Shown: piece after piece, positions 34,892 through 46,087 of the stretch
How positions within the stretch are numbered: the first letter of the stretch is position 1
Layout: each line of letters begins with the position of its first letter
Virus record (IMG/VR): IMGVR_UViG_3300001580_000006
Coordinates: 32,001 to 96,000 of that record
Strand: one strand, 5' to 3'
Length of the DNA stretch: 64,000 bases
From: a virus
Taxonomy: Duplodnaviria > Caudoviricetes
Notes under the pieces: generated by a model
The model's input: the letters and a program-made list of their open reading frames with translations, nothing else
The model's database searches: none
What the model was told of the DNA's origin: nothing
Translations under genes and position numbers: made by a program

Positions 34892-35778
34892 TGGGCAGCA
34901 TCACAGTAAAGCACATTGAGTTAATCGTAGACCAGTCTGTAGCTAGTGACGACCTAGAGTTTTGGGCTGGCCCATCCGGCCTAAGCGAAGTCGCCTTAGC
35001 AGAGACCGGCGCCGGCAGAATACCAGAGGACGAATATAATGTGGTGGTAACCAACATAACACCACTTGGAGAATCTCGTCCTACTCCTGTAGCCGATATT
35101 ACCCTATCTGACTCACTGCAAACCCTAACAGTCTCTGACATTCCAGTTGTTGACTACTACAAACAACCGAATGGCGGAGGCACTGCTGTTCAGGTTAATA
35201 TCACAGAGCGCCGTGTGTACATCAAAGCTCATGATTCTAGTGAGTGGAGACTAGCAGCTATTCTAACCGATGGCACTATTGGTACGGTGTACATAAACTG
35301 GAACCCAGATCCACTTATTCTACAGTGGATGTACAGCACCGACACTGTTACCTGGTACAACGTAACCGATGTTAGCACAAAGACAGTTCTTGGAGACGAG
35401 CTAACCCTTGACTCTATTAGTAAACTATTTGCTGCCTCTATCGGTAGCTATTTGCCTGGAGAAGCTAACCCAGAGTGTTGCCAAGTCGAAGTAAATAACA
35501 ACACAAGCTATGCTATCAACTCGCTTAAAGCATTTATTCTTACCAACAACACTGATAGCAACTCGCCAACAATTGCCGACTGCCTGCAGATTGCAAACCC
35601 AACCGACGCATTTACCGACAAAGCTACTTTAGATGCAGCAGCGGACAACTTCATTGTTCTTGGCACAAGCATTGCTATCGGGTCTTCTGCAGGTCTATAC
35701 CTAAGATATAAGCATGATGATCTACCGCTTGGCACTATAACAAGCTTCATAGGAATTACAGCTGAGCTAAACACCTAA
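34891..35778 (+). CDS. Virion structural protein (beta-sandwich-like)
   Basis: YNVVVT...LGESRP pattern, Thr/Asp-rich, translationally coupled. Confidence 0.5.
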   Translation: MGSITVKHIELIVDQSVASDDLEFWAGPSGLSEVALAETGAGRIPEDEYNVVVTNITPLGESRPTPVADITLSDSLQTLTVSDIPVVDYYKQPNGGGTAVQVNITERRVYIKAHDSSEWRLAAILTDGTIGTVYINWNPDPLILQWMYSTDTVTWYNVTDVSTKTVLGDELTLDSISKLFAASIGSYLPGEANPECCQVEVNNNTSYAINSLKAFILTNNTDSNSPTIADCLQIANPTDAFTDKATLDAAADNFIVLGTSIAIGSSAGLYLRYKHDDLPLGTITSFIGITAELNT

Positions 35779-37317
35779 ATGGCTACTACTCTCTATAGAC
35801 AACTACAGGTAATTTCGACTCCTGTTGCTGGCACGCGAATTGTTAGACAACTAGTGGTTACAGGAAGCTCGGAGCTACATGGTATAATATATCGACAGGT
35901 ATCGGTACAGGCGGTTGGTACGCCAGTACCTGCTCCTTTTGTTGTTCATAGGGAGTTAAAGATATCTGGCGAAGGCACTGAAGTAAGGACAACTTTAGTA
36001 TTTAGAGAGTTGTCTATAAGCGCAGTTAAGTACCCAGAACCGCCAGAGTTAAGCGTTACAGTTCTAGACAGCAAGGTAGTGTTGTGGGGCAACTATGATA
36101 AGACCAGTCCAACTTATGAGTTGTATGGGTCTAATGACGGAGCCACCTTTACAAAAATAGGCACCACCAATAATCAAGTGCAGATTTCAAACTTTAATGG
36201 CTATAGCCAATATAAGATAGTTGCTAACCACGATCTAGACGGTGATGGTATTAAAGAATACTCTGCAGAATCTGTATATACTGGGTTTCAGCTGCCACCA
36301 AACGCATCCATCTATTGGGCTGGAACTGCACTTAATACAACCGATCTGGCTTTAGTTGGTGCCGTGTTGGACGGCTCTGAGATAGTAGCAAAGCTAGACC
36401 CTGGTGTAGCGTACCTGCCAAACGGCTTCGGTTACTGGATTGGTAGTGGTGACCACTATGCTATTAGTACTGCAGATTTTTCCGTGCTTAACCCAAGACC
36501 AGAGTACTACCCAGTAATAACAATACCATTTAGTACTTTGATCGCTCTAAATGCCGACTTCGCAATAGATGCTGCCACCTGGCCAGTTTCGGTGTACACT
36601 ATTCGTGATGAAGAACAAGTAGCATCTCATATGCCTACGTACTCAGGTTACTTTATATATGATACACCTCCTACCAACCAAGAGTACAATACCGCTGTTA
36701 GGGTGCCAGATCCAGGCCTAGATAGACAGATAGACTCTATTCCAGTTAGAAACTGGAATACTGGAATTATATCAGATTACTCTATTCACGGCTCCAGCGT
36801 AGACTTTGATAATATTGAAGTAAATCAATTTGTGGTTGACTGGGCCAACGAAAGACTAGTTATGTGTCTTAAAGATTATTCAATTACTGGTATGGTTCAC
36901 ATCTGTATAGGAAAGAGCTCATTAGTTTCATCTAGAGATATTACCGCCGGCACACACAGAATTGGTCAATCATATTTAATATTGAAAGACAGTGACAGAT
37001 CTCAAGGCGCCAACCGACTATGTAAGTTATTGGCAGAGGTGTCACGCGGAGAGGCTGGTAGGGCTGGTATGCCAACGCAACTAACAGTATATGCCCTAGA
37101 TGAAACAGACAGCCCGGTAAGTAATATCAATATTAGTATCACCAACTCGTTGGGCTCAGGTTCATTAGCCGGCACAACAAATAGTGATGGCCTGTGCGTG
37201 GCATCATTAGATTTTATTACAGCTGGATTGGCCACTATTAAAGTAACTGCCACCGATACCCTAGGCGTCGAAGAATTAAGTCGTATTGTGCGCACTATTT
37301 ATTATGAGGTTAGGTAA
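35779..37317 (+). CDS. Virion protein with a C-terminal Ig-like (Big-1 type) domain
   Basis: TQLTVYALDETDSPVSNINISIT...GTTNSDGLCVA...AG.ATIKVTA. Confidence 0.55.
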   Translation: MATTLYRQLQVISTPVAGTRIVRQLVVTGSSELHGIIYRQVSVQAVGTPVPAPFVVHRELKISGEGTEVRTTLVFRELSISAVKYPEPPELSVTVLDSKVVLWGNYDKTSPTYELYGSNDGATFTKIGTTNNQVQISNFNGYSQYKIVANHDLDGDGIKEYSAESVYTGFQLPPNASIYWAGTALNTTDLALVGAVLDGSEIVAKLDPGVAYLPNGFGYWIGSGDHYAISTADFSVLNPRPEYYPVITIPFSTLIALNADFAIDAATWPVSVYTIRDEEQVASHMPTYSGYFIYDTPPTNQEYNTAVRVPDPGLDRQIDSIPVRNWNTGIISDYSIHGSSVDFDNIEVNQFVVDWANERLVMCLKDYSITGMVHICIGKSSLVSSRDITAGTHRIGQSYLILKDSDRSQGANRLCKLLAEVSRGEAGRAGMPTQLTVYALDETDSPVSNINISITNSLGSGSLAGTTNSDGLCVASLDFITAGLATIKVTATDTLGVEELSRIVRTIYYEVR

Positions 37318-39809
37318 TGGGAGCTCCAATCATTACCATAGGAAATAAGTTCTCTCCAATCGTAGCCGCTCCGTTGGTTCAGCTAGAGCTGGCGCGTAGC
37401 CAGGACCCAATAGTTAGTAGCGTTTCTAGTATACTGGACTCAGCTACGGTATATCCATATAGTAGCATAATACCTACCTTGATTAGTGGTGGACTTGTAG
37501 GCACAGCCTGGCACTACAGCGGAGTATCGGTTAGTGGTAGTAGTCTACTACTAACACCTACTGGGTATCTAACCACCAATATCACAACTGGGGTGTGTGC
37601 CGGAACAGACTACACAGTTACCTTAGCTACGACTGCCTCTGATAGACAAGTGGGTGTTACTGTGAACGACGTCGTATTGCAGCCAACACTAGTTCTTAGT
37701 GGCACTACAAACATAATACAATATAAACTGTCACTTAGCAACAGTCAGCCATATATTAAGCTGTTGATAAGATCGTCTGCCAATATAAGTATAGCTGGTA
37801 TCGAGGCGCGGTGCGACGAGCTTCTCTACACTAATAAGTCAATTGGCGATGATCAATTCTTCTATCAGTATCAGGCGCTGTGGCACCATAGGGTGAGCTC
37901 AGCCAAAAGGCTTGACGTAATAGGGCCGTATGGTGAAACCATTCCAGCATCTGAATATGTTGTTGAATACTCAGCCACCGCGTATACTGATCTGCCGCGA
38001 TACAGCCCACTGCGTACCTGGGTAGACTATATGCCAGAAGCCACTTGCGTTGTTCGTATACTATTTAAACAGCGTCTAGTCTCTGCATACAAAGGCAAAC
38101 CTCTATATCTTAAGTACAATAAAGTTCCTCCGGCCAGCAGCGCAAACAAAGAAGTTATATATGGTTTTAGAGAACTAATAGACTCAACTGGTATCGACGT
38201 TCTGCCGTTCTACTCTGCTGCTGTCACCCACGTAACCGCTACAAAGTGGGGGGGGCTATCGGTAGAGGATAGCGGGTACGATATGCGTAGCTCAAGGCCA
38301 AAGATAGGCAGCGCTCTGTTTTTTGTACCAAAAAGCATGGCCTCCTCTACTGCCTTCCCTCACACCACAAGTGATGAACTATTTTGGCATATAACTGAAG
38401 CAGCCAACCAAGGGTCCCACAACTCTACTGGGTGCACCAAGATATCATGGCAGCCTGTAAAGCTTATGGGCTCAAATCTAATAAAGGTTGATGCTCTTCG
38501 CGTGGCGCGTAATCCATATCCAGACAACCGCATTAAGTTGTTATACGATTACGATCCTGACACTGGTGTATACGAGCCAGCCGATATGCAGAACAAGTCT
38601 ATGGCTGATGTCGATGGAACCTTACTAGTATATACCACTCATAGTCTAAACACAAGCGTTATAGCTGGTGTTGACTCTAATAATGGCCTAATACACTGCA
38701 ACGAGCAGTTAAATGGCAGAGAAGCATACATTAGTTATTTGCGACCTAAATCTTGGTGGACGTTTGATAGACCATATCTTGTTGGGCCTACTGGGCTCAA
38801 AAGAGACATAGACGGCTCTGAGACAGCAGACTTGCCAATCATTGCTACTATAAAACTATTGCCATCATACTATGCACTTACTAATTGCTCATACACAGTA
38901 GACGGTGATTCTGTGTCAATAGCAGCTACCAATCTTAAGTATAAAGATACTGCGTGGCTTAACAGGTTGGCATTATTCGGAAGCGGTATAGGACTAAAGG
39001 CCGTGTTTCTAAATAACGGTATTCTGCCTTCTATATCAATACTAGTTACTGGCGCAACCTATAGTGATTCCATAATAACTTTATCACTGGCATCTACGCC
39101 ACCAAACGGGTATACGCTAGTACTAGTGCCTGACTTATTCGAGCATATTAAACTACTATATAGTTATAAAGATAGCAGTGATGACGTAGTTACAAAGTCT
39201 GCCTGGTACGACAGCACGGTTCCTACTGAGTTCTACACGCCAGAGAACCCATACTATGATCAAGCCATTGTGCTAGGAACATATCATGTACCAGACAGAG
39301 TTCCTGGTGACTACAAACTTACCAAGATTACAGTCGATGGCGGAGGGCTTTTGCCAGATGAATTCTATGGACCAGGCGAGCTTCAGGCTATGTATCCTGC
39401 AAACAATAACTTTGCAGACATAGCTAGGTGGCAGGGTAATCCATATCAGGCAGAATCTACTGTAATAGTGGGTGTTACGTCTGATTGGTTAGCAGCCTAC
39501 TCTACTAAAGTGCAGGCTGAATTAGGGATTGCCAACGCTCAGGAGTATGTATTAAACAAGATTAAAGAGGTGGCAAGCAAATACTGCTCTTACGGTGCGT
39601 GGGTAGAGGTAATTGTTATACCAAGAACTGGAATATTGCCACTGCCTTGGGGCCAAGGAAGCTTTATGCCAGACGCTACAGATACTAGTAATGATACTGA
39701 TTATAGTTTAGTGGATATGTGTATAGACTTTGTACCAAACTCAGCCGATACCACCACTCAGCCAACAGATATGCAAATATATGGTTTACTAAAACCACTG
39801 GAGCCTTAA
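37317..39809 (+). CDS. Large baseplate/virion structural protein
   Basis: 830-aa ORF, TAATG-coupled, structural operon. Confidence 0.5.
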   Translation: MGAPIITIGNKFSPIVAAPLVQLELARSQDPIVSSVSSILDSATVYPYSSIIPTLISGGLVGTAWHYSGVSVSGSSLLLTPTGYLTTNITTGVCAGTDYTVTLATTASDRQVGVTVNDVVLQPTLVLSGTTNIIQYKLSLSNSQPYIKLLIRSSANISIAGIEARCDELLYTNKSIGDDQFFYQYQALWHHRVSSAKRLDVIGPYGETIPASEYVVEYSATAYTDLPRYSPLRTWVDYMPEATCVVRILFKQRLVSAYKGKPLYLKYNKVPPASSANKEVIYGFRELIDSTGIDVLPFYSAAVTHVTATKWGGLSVEDSGYDMRSSRPKIGSALFFVPKSMASSTAFPHTTSDELFWHITEAANQGSHNSTGCTKISWQPVKLMGSNLIKVDALRVARNPYPDNRIKLLYDYDPDTGVYEPADMQNKSMADVDGTLLVYTTHSLNTSVIAGVDSNNGLIHCNEQLNGREAYISYLRPKSWWTFDRPYLVGPTGLKRDIDGSETADLPIIATIKLLPSYYALTNCSYTVDGDSVSIAATNLKYKDTAWLNRLALFGSGIGLKAVFLNNGILPSISILVTGATYSDSIITLSLASTPPNGYTLVLVPDLFEHIKLLYSYKDSSDDVVTKSAWYDSTVPTEFYTPENPYYDQAIVLGTYHVPDRVPGDYKLTKITVDGGGLLPDEFYGPGELQAMYPANNNFADIARWQGNPYQAESTVIVGVTSDWLAAYSTKVQAELGIANAQEYVLNKIKEVASKYCSYGAWVEVIVIPRTGILPLPWGQGSFMPDATDTSNDTDYSLVDMCIDFVPNSADTTTQPTDMQIYGLLKPLEP

Positions 39810-39810
39810 A

Positions 39811-40338
39811 ATGAAGCTACTCTACAGATTTAACTTAATGGGTCTCGACTCTTTACGCTATTATAATCCTAACTTAGAAGTTAGGCTATATCCGGCTGGC
39901 TCGTCAGTCACCCCAATAGTGGCCACGCCGAATGTAGATCTTCCTGGGGAGTACACTGTGGTTATAGACCCAACCGAGGTTGGTTTTGACTCGTCATTTA
40001 TCTGCCCACGCTATGATGTAAAGCTCTATGATTCTGAGACCCTTACTGAGACTATGCTTTACTCTAACAAGAATTTAGGTGGGTGGCGCTGGGTGATTCG
40101 CAATGTTGCAGTGCTAACAGAGCCAGAGGATTCAATAGTGTTTGCTGATTTAACAGATACAATGGGTGACGCTCTGCCTGCTAATATACCAAACGCACTT
40201 GTTCTTGTATTAGCCCACCACACGGACAGGGCTATGTATGCAAAAGATATTACGTCAACAGGGTTTACACTAGGAATTGCAGTGGCTGGCTCGTCAGATC
40301 CTGGTGAATGCGATATTGCTATTGAAGTGACAGACTAA
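39811..40338 (+). CDS. Virion structural protein
   Basis: 175-aa beta-rich ORF in the operon. Confidence 0.45.
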   Translation: MKLLYRFNLMGLDSLRYYNPNLEVRLYPAGSSVTPIVATPNVDLPGEYTVVIDPTEVGFDSSFICPRYDVKLYDSETLTETMLYSNKNLGGWRWVIRNVAVLTEPEDSIVFADLTDTMGDALPANIPNALVLVLAHHTDRAMYAKDITSTGFTLGIAVAGSSDPGECDIAIEVTD

Positions 40339-40352
40339 TTGGAGTGCTATAA

Positions 40353-42323
40353 ATGCTCCCAGGATCTCAAATATCATCAATTAATGAAAACCTTGCTATC
40401 TCTAACTCTGCAAGAAGCATACTTCTTGGTAGGTTCCCACAACTAAGCGCCTCCGCGCTTCGCCAAGAAATAGCTACTCTGCTAGAAACTGTAAACAAGC
40501 TACAGTTTAAAATAGTTACAGCAAGATTAGTAGTTCAAGAAGATGCTATAATGGACTCGGCCTCTTACAACGACTTTATGATGTCTGTTAGTATAGATAT
40601 TGCTAGCCTATATGAGCGCATTATGCTAATCGAAGATATCATAGGTAGGGTTCAGAACTTATCGGTGGCCTCGTCCAAAGACATAAGAGTACAACTAGCT
40701 AGCGTAGAGCGAACAATTGGAGAGCTTCTTGCTACCCAGGCAGATAGCAGCCTTTTTGGCGCATTGCTGCTTACTGACCAAATAACCAATATGTCTGGCG
40801 ACGCTGGCTTTTCTCCTGATGGCGCACTCGTAATAAAATATAAAGAGAGCCTGTTTAACAATAATACTACAGTTAAGTCAGTTGAGATAGATAGACCAGA
40901 GGATGTTGTTGGGTATGATATTCTTGGAGTAGACCCAGTACAAGACTATTCTGGTGGAACCTTTAGTTGTTTTATCAAAGGCATGGCCAACGGAGTGTGG
41001 TATGAAAATGTGTACAAAACTACACCTGACCCAGATGGGCTAGAATACTATGTAACTCTTAACTTTCGCTCAGCCGTAAGATTAAATGGGCTATACTACT
41101 CCATGGTAGATAGGGAGCACAACAGAGTAGTTAAGATAGAATGCTTAGCTGTTACTAGTAATGATGTGCAGTGGATGACTGCTGTTAAAGGCGGCATGCT
41201 TTATGACTATGATTTTGGTTGGGCTCCTTCTATAACAGACCCGATGGAGTGCCCAGTAACAGGGTTATTCTATAATGGTAGCTTATACACTTTTGATAAT
41301 GAATCAGTTGATAAAACCGTATACGGCATTAAGGCAGTACGGCTATCAATAAGAAATTCGTTCTATGACTATGAATCAGTAGAGGAGCTAATCGAAGGCA
41401 CTACGGTGCCCACTAGCATTAGTCAGTTGTCTGATATGGCTCCAAAGACTACTGTAAAAACATATGTGCGGTATAAGGTTGGTGCGTACTATATAGCTCC
41501 TTATATGCACAGTTATGGCAGCTCTTGTTCGGTAGAAACAAAGAGATTTAAACAAAGCTATATGCTAGAAGATAAGAGGTCGTTTGCGAACAACCTCACG
41601 GTATATATGCGTAAGCTGCTGCTTAGCAGCAATAACGAAATAAACTCTAGGATGCACTTTTGGCTAGATGGGCAAGGTCCAGCTCGTAGAGTTGAGCCCG
41701 TTACTCCTGGCACAACACTTACATACTATAACTATTCTTCTGCCTCTGGTACTGACCCGTATGACCCAGCAAACAGAGAGTGGGACCAGAGTCGACCAGT
41801 ACGAAGGGTTGAGACTATCGATCTTAGTAATGATATCAACGAGCAGGTAGGCCCAGGATATGTTCATACCTCAACTTCCGCTTATATTGATTACGCATAC
41901 TGGTACCAAGATTCTGCACAGCAGTGGTACTACACAGACCGTAAAATAATAGACGGCACTGGTCAGTTTGTTGAGCAGCGAGCAACGGTAGGTACAACAG
42001 TAATGGCTTTTGATCCAACGGCGGTTGACGCTGAGGGCAGAATGGAGTTCTACTTTGGCGCTATTCCAGGTGAGGCAAATGTAGAGCTTGTAGACTCAGA
42101 CAAGGAACAAACACTATCATTTGATTACATATCCAACACCACTGCCACTAGAACTGTGAATTATATTTTCCGTGGGGCCGACAAAACAACCGGTATAGAG
42201 TGTGTGGAGAGCGGCGAGCTGTCTCTGCTTAGCCCAACCTCCGAAGCAAAATCAGAAGCTATAAAATTTAGTCTAGAGACTAAGAACGCAAAAGGTAAAC
42301 TCACTATATTTATTGAGATATGA
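40353..42323 (+). CDS. Baseplate/fibre-associated protein with a helical N-terminus
   Basis: SASYNDFM..V..DI..LY N-terminal motif shared with 44903, 50660 and 53203. Confidence 0.5.
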   Translation: MLPGSQISSINENLAISNSARSILLGRFPQLSASALRQEIATLLETVNKLQFKIVTARLVVQEDAIMDSASYNDFMMSVSIDIASLYERIMLIEDIIGRVQNLSVASSKDIRVQLASVERTIGELLATQADSSLFGALLLTDQITNMSGDAGFSPDGALVIKYKESLFNNNTTVKSVEIDRPEDVVGYDILGVDPVQDYSGGTFSCFIKGMANGVWYENVYKTTPDPDGLEYYVTLNFRSAVRLNGLYYSMVDREHNRVVKIECLAVTSNDVQWMTAVKGGMLYDYDFGWAPSITDPMECPVTGLFYNGSLYTFDNESVDKTVYGIKAVRLSIRNSFYDYESVEELIEGTTVPTSISQLSDMAPKTTVKTYVRYKVGAYYIAPYMHSYGSSCSVETKRFKQSYMLEDKRSFANNLTVYMRKLLLSSNNEINSRMHFWLDGQGPARRVEPVTPGTTLTYYNYSSASGTDPYDPANREWDQSRPVRRVETIDLSNDINEQVGPGYVHTSTSAYIDYAYWYQDSAQQWYYTDRKIIDGTGQFVEQRATVGTTVMAFDPTAVDAEGRMEFYFGAIPGEANVELVDSDKEQTLSFDYISNTTATRTVNYIFRGADKTTGIECVESGELSLLSPTSEAKSEAIKFSLETKNAKGKLTIFIEI

Positions 42324-44902
42324 GTACTGTAGGAACATACTGCCAAAACTCTAGTGTATTAGTGTATAACTGGTCTGGACGCATATATACACCAGAAGAA
42401 CTAAACAGAGCCATTGTAGCCCTTACTGCTGTAGCTAACAACTCAAATAGCGTAGTGTCAAAGTTTGCTATAGTACTAGGCGACTACAACGCTGCAATGA
42501 GCAGTGTGCCGGTCTCTGATATTGAGCTGTTCTACGAGTGGTACACAGGAGCTGGCAAGAGGAGTTCATTTGCACAGCTGGACTCGCACATTAGGCTGCT
42601 TATTAGTGTACCAACGGTAGCACAGTGGGCGGTAAGTGACGAGGTGTGGTTATATGCCGGTGACGTAGACTCCTATAATCTCTTTCCTGGAGCAGGCAAG
42701 GTATCAGATGTATTTGATGACTTAGCTGACTCGTCATGGCCACATTACGGCTCGTCATGGCTAGGCCTTCCAATGAGTGGCGCAGCATCTAGGGCGGTGT
42801 ACTCTACCATTGTCGCTAAAATAGGAAACTCTGTCTATATGTACTCCCCGTCGCTGAAGAGCTTTGACATAGTACAGAACGAGTCTGCAGTAAGTATACT
42901 AACTAAGCCTTATTACTATATTATAAATACAGATATCACATCTATAGATACTCCGCCGCTTGGCAGAGCATCCTGTGTAGTAGCTCCGGATACAGAAGAC
43001 AATATTCCTCTGTTACACATGGGCGCGCATGCTGGGCTAAATGATCCACACGTTGGAGCCTGGAGGATGATGCTAGGTGCTGATCTAATAGGAACACCTC
43101 CAGCCTACCTAAGTGTACTATATCGCAGAAGCTACTATCCAGAATATTACGCAGCAAATGACATAGATGCCAGCTTATATTGGTCTAAGGAGGCGCTACA
43201 GCCATCATTACTGCGTACAAGGTACTCAGTTGTAGAGGTAGCGCAAGCTCAGGACACGGTGCAGCAGATACACGATAACGCCACTATTGTTGGCATTTCT
43301 GAGCCGGACGGCGTGAGGGCAAATCTATTTTTCGAAGTACCAGTATACAGTGGTCCTATGCCTAGCGACTCTGGGTTCGCTGGTGGAAAAGCTCTACTTG
43401 CCTACCAAGTATCTGTTAATATTAGACATAGAGATACTGGTAGCTTAATATTTCAGCAAACAATATCAGCTCCTATTATCTCACAGTGGACCATTCCGTA
43501 CCAAACATATCCAGTTTATTTCCGAGTTCCTATAACTGATATCACTGGTGTTTCTGAGGAGCAGGGTGTACAACGCTGGGGAGCTTTTGCCGAGCACAAC
43601 GATCCTGATGGCATTTATGGCATACATGGAAAGTATGATGCGACTACCCTCGGTAATACTGTGGTAAGACTAAGCACCTACACTAATACAATACCTTGCT
43701 ATGATACTATAAACAACAGCAGGGCCTGGCTAAGCACACCCCCAACTATAAATAAGCCTATTAGGTTTCCAGGCACAGGGGCGTACACGCTACAAATATC
43801 ATATAAGGGGTTTGCTGTAAGTAGTGGGTCTTTGGTAGCAACTTCCGACGCCTCATTTGGTAGTTTTGGTAGCGGCATGCATGATGTTATAAAGGGCTGG
43901 CTAGAAAGAAACATTGGTGCAGACTTCAGCGATCTATTTGACAAAAGATTCGATCTGCTTGGATACTATGATTCATTTAATAATATAGATTGCACAAAGA
44001 TTGGTGGAGCAGTCGGGGTCAGCAGCGATGGGGCTAACCTAATGATTACTCCAATAGCTAGTGCTGATATGTCAGGAATGATAGAGCACGAGTTCTTTGT
44101 AACAGATAGTATAACCAACAACCTTATAATAGATCCTGGGCTAATGGTAGGCGAGCAGGTGGTAACTCAAAACCCCACCATTAGGTGGCACTGGCAAGAT
44201 GCAGCTGAAGCACCAAACATAGACTATTATGTATTCGAGGCGTGGAGAAACGGTGTCAGCATGGATTTGGGCAACGACATAGGTAAAACGCTGTACACTG
44301 ACGAGATGTCTTTTCAACTGCTTACCGATGCTACACCTGCTAGTTACACAATAAGAGTACGAGGTATACCAGTTGACCAGCCATTTGCATACCTAGCCGA
44401 GAAAACATTCGCCTTAAGCCCAGTATCAGCACCGGAGTTGGCAGTAAGCAATATAACTCTAACCTGCGAAGTAGAGAAACCAAGATTCCAACCTATTAGG
44501 CTTCTTTGCTACAATCAAGAGCCTAGTTCGGAGTCTCCTGGCTACTATTCTCCTGATATAGAGGGAGCGGATAAAACTGACTGGCAGACGCTAACTCCTC
44601 CAGTACTAAACACTTACAACGGCATACTAGAATTCTACTACAGCGACGGCAAAATATACACTAATGCGGATTTGCGTTCTGTCGCAAAATATGTTATAAT
44701 TATATATTATAGGCTGTATGACTTCATTAGTTTAGAGCTAGATCTAGAACGCTCTAACGAGCACAGCCCACGAGTCTATGGCTACACCATAGCGTGTTCA
44801 CCAGACGTATTCACTCCTCCTCCAAGTCAACTTACTGCACCATCTACGCCTACTAAGCGGCCAACGGTGAGAAAAGATTTAACAGAGCGAGCTACGGCTT
44901 AA
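42320..44902 (+). CDS. Tail fibre/baseplate protein with an FN3-like segment
   Basis: PTIRWHW...IDYYVF...YTIRVRG is FN3-like; ATGA overlap. Confidence 0.45.
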   Translation: MSTVGTYCQNSSVLVYNWSGRIYTPEELNRAIVALTAVANNSNSVVSKFAIVLGDYNAAMSSVPVSDIELFYEWYTGAGKRSSFAQLDSHIRLLISVPTVAQWAVSDEVWLYAGDVDSYNLFPGAGKVSDVFDDLADSSWPHYGSSWLGLPMSGAASRAVYSTIVAKIGNSVYMYSPSLKSFDIVQNESAVSILTKPYYYIINTDITSIDTPPLGRASCVVAPDTEDNIPLLHMGAHAGLNDPHVGAWRMMLGADLIGTPPAYLSVLYRRSYYPEYYAANDIDASLYWSKEALQPSLLRTRYSVVEVAQAQDTVQQIHDNATIVGISEPDGVRANLFFEVPVYSGPMPSDSGFAGGKALLAYQVSVNIRHRDTGSLIFQQTISAPIISQWTIPYQTYPVYFRVPITDITGVSEEQGVQRWGAFAEHNDPDGIYGIHGKYDATTLGNTVVRLSTYTNTIPCYDTINNSRAWLSTPPTINKPIRFPGTGAYTLQISYKGFAVSSGSLVATSDASFGSFGSGMHDVIKGWLERNIGADFSDLFDKRFDLLGYYDSFNNIDCTKIGGAVGVSSDGANLMITPIASADMSGMIEHEFFVTDSITNNLIIDPGLMVGEQVVTQNPTIRWHWQDAAEAPNIDYYVFEAWRNGVSMDLGNDIGKTLYTDEMSFQLLTDATPASYTIRVRGIPVDQPFAYLAEKTFALSPVSAPELAVSNITLTCEVEKPRFQPIRLLCYNQEPSSESPGYYSPDIEGADKTDWQTLTPPVLNTYNGILEFYYSDGKIYTNADLRSVAKYVIIIYYRLYDFISLELDLERSNEHSPRVYGYTIACSPDVFTPPPSQLTAPSTPTKRPTVRKDLTERATA

Positions 44903-46087
44903 ATGAATAAGTTCAATCCAATAATGCTTGTCGAGCGCAATAGACTAATATCGGACTTGTTGTATTCTGTAGCTAAAGAACAGCCCGAGCTTAGCCAAAT
45001 GCAGTTGCTTTTAATAGCACAGCAGTTATTGTCCAAACTAACAGAGGAGCCAGAATCCAACCTTGGTACTCTTGTAGATAATAGTGTAGATGCAGAGGCC
45101 TTTCCTGATGCAGCTAGATTTAATGATATGATTAATGCTGTACGCACTGATCTAATAGATCTTACTAAATGGCAAGCACAGCTGACATCTTATGCTGGAA
45201 CATTTCTACAGGACCACGTAGGTAAGTCCCGCGGAGAATCATCTCTTATTAGTTTACTCAAAGCCGAGCTGTATGCCACCGCACTAAGAACAGCTGGTCT
45301 TATTTCAAATGAATGGGCTATTAACCTAGCCGTTAGTAATGCTATCGCTGACCAGGCACAAACAACCGCCTATATAGACTCAGTGCTGCAAGAGGCCATG
45401 GCTACTATTACAACTAGAATTAAGGCAGAAGTAGCGGCGATAGAGTGCGTGCTTCTTAGCCCTGATCCAAATATAGTTCATGCTGGCTTTGGTAAGAAAT
45501 TTGGTGTACGGGACACCGCCACCGATGACGCTATAAGAAGTGCAGATACTAGAGGAGTAGAGAATTTAACCACTGAGTCTCTAGTAGACGCCATGGAGTA
45601 CGAGGCTGTATTTAAGGAAGATATAAAGGATAACCCTAATTGTCCTATTACTGAGCGCAATATTAGCATTTTGCAGACTGACCCAACTGGATCCCATCCG
45701 ATCAATTTTTGGGAGCCTATTTATATACAAGAGGAGCCCATCAGGCCTGTTGGGGCTTCTACCTATGATCTTCAGCTACAGCTTACTGTTCTATTAAAAA
45801 GCCTATCTCTTGTTGATAGAGTTGAAGTTCTACAGAACAACGTAAACGGCTATGCACTAGTCGGAGGCTTTGGAGTTACCGAGAGCGGCTCTATAAAATT
45901 CGATGTCTCTACGGCTGATGGTAAAACCGTTATGACATGCCCTCCCACAGAGCTAACTAAGGTAGTTATTAAATTAACAAAAAGTGCATCGTATAGACAG
46001 CGATATGAGCTGTATAGATACCTCGGTAAAATAGGAAACTCTAATCCCCCAATGTATACTAATCTACTTAGCGACAAAGAGTTATGA
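44903..46087 (+). CDS. Baseplate/fibre-associated protein
   Basis: AARFNDMINAVRTDLIDL N-terminal motif; coupled. Confidence 0.5.
   Translation: MNKFNPIMLVERNRLISDLLYSVAKEQPELSQMQLLLIAQQLLSKLTEEPESNLGTLVDNSVDAEAFPDAARFNDMINAVRTDLIDLTKWQAQLTSYAGTFLQDHVGKSRGESSLISLLKAELYATALRTAGLISNEWAINLAVSNAIADQAQTTAYIDSVLQEAMATITTRIKAEVAAIECVLLSPDPNIVHAGFGKKFGVRDTATDDAIRSADTRGVENLTTESLVDAMEYEAVFKEDIKDNPNCPITERNISILQTDPTGSHPINFWEPIYIQEEPIRPVGASTYDLQLQLTVLLKSLSLVDRVEVLQNNVNGYALVGGFGVTESGSIKFDVSTADGKTVMTCPPTELTKVVIKLTKSASYRQRYELYRYLGKIGNSNPPMYTNLLSDKEL

Noticed and set aside
27772-42762. Short direct repeats (GGATCAATT x2 near 27773, GGCTGGCTCGTCAG near 39893 and 40284, CTCGTCATGGC x2 near 42730)
   Set aside because: Isolated 9-14 nt intragenic repeats with no array, template/variable-repeat pattern, or associated recombinase or reverse transcriptase.
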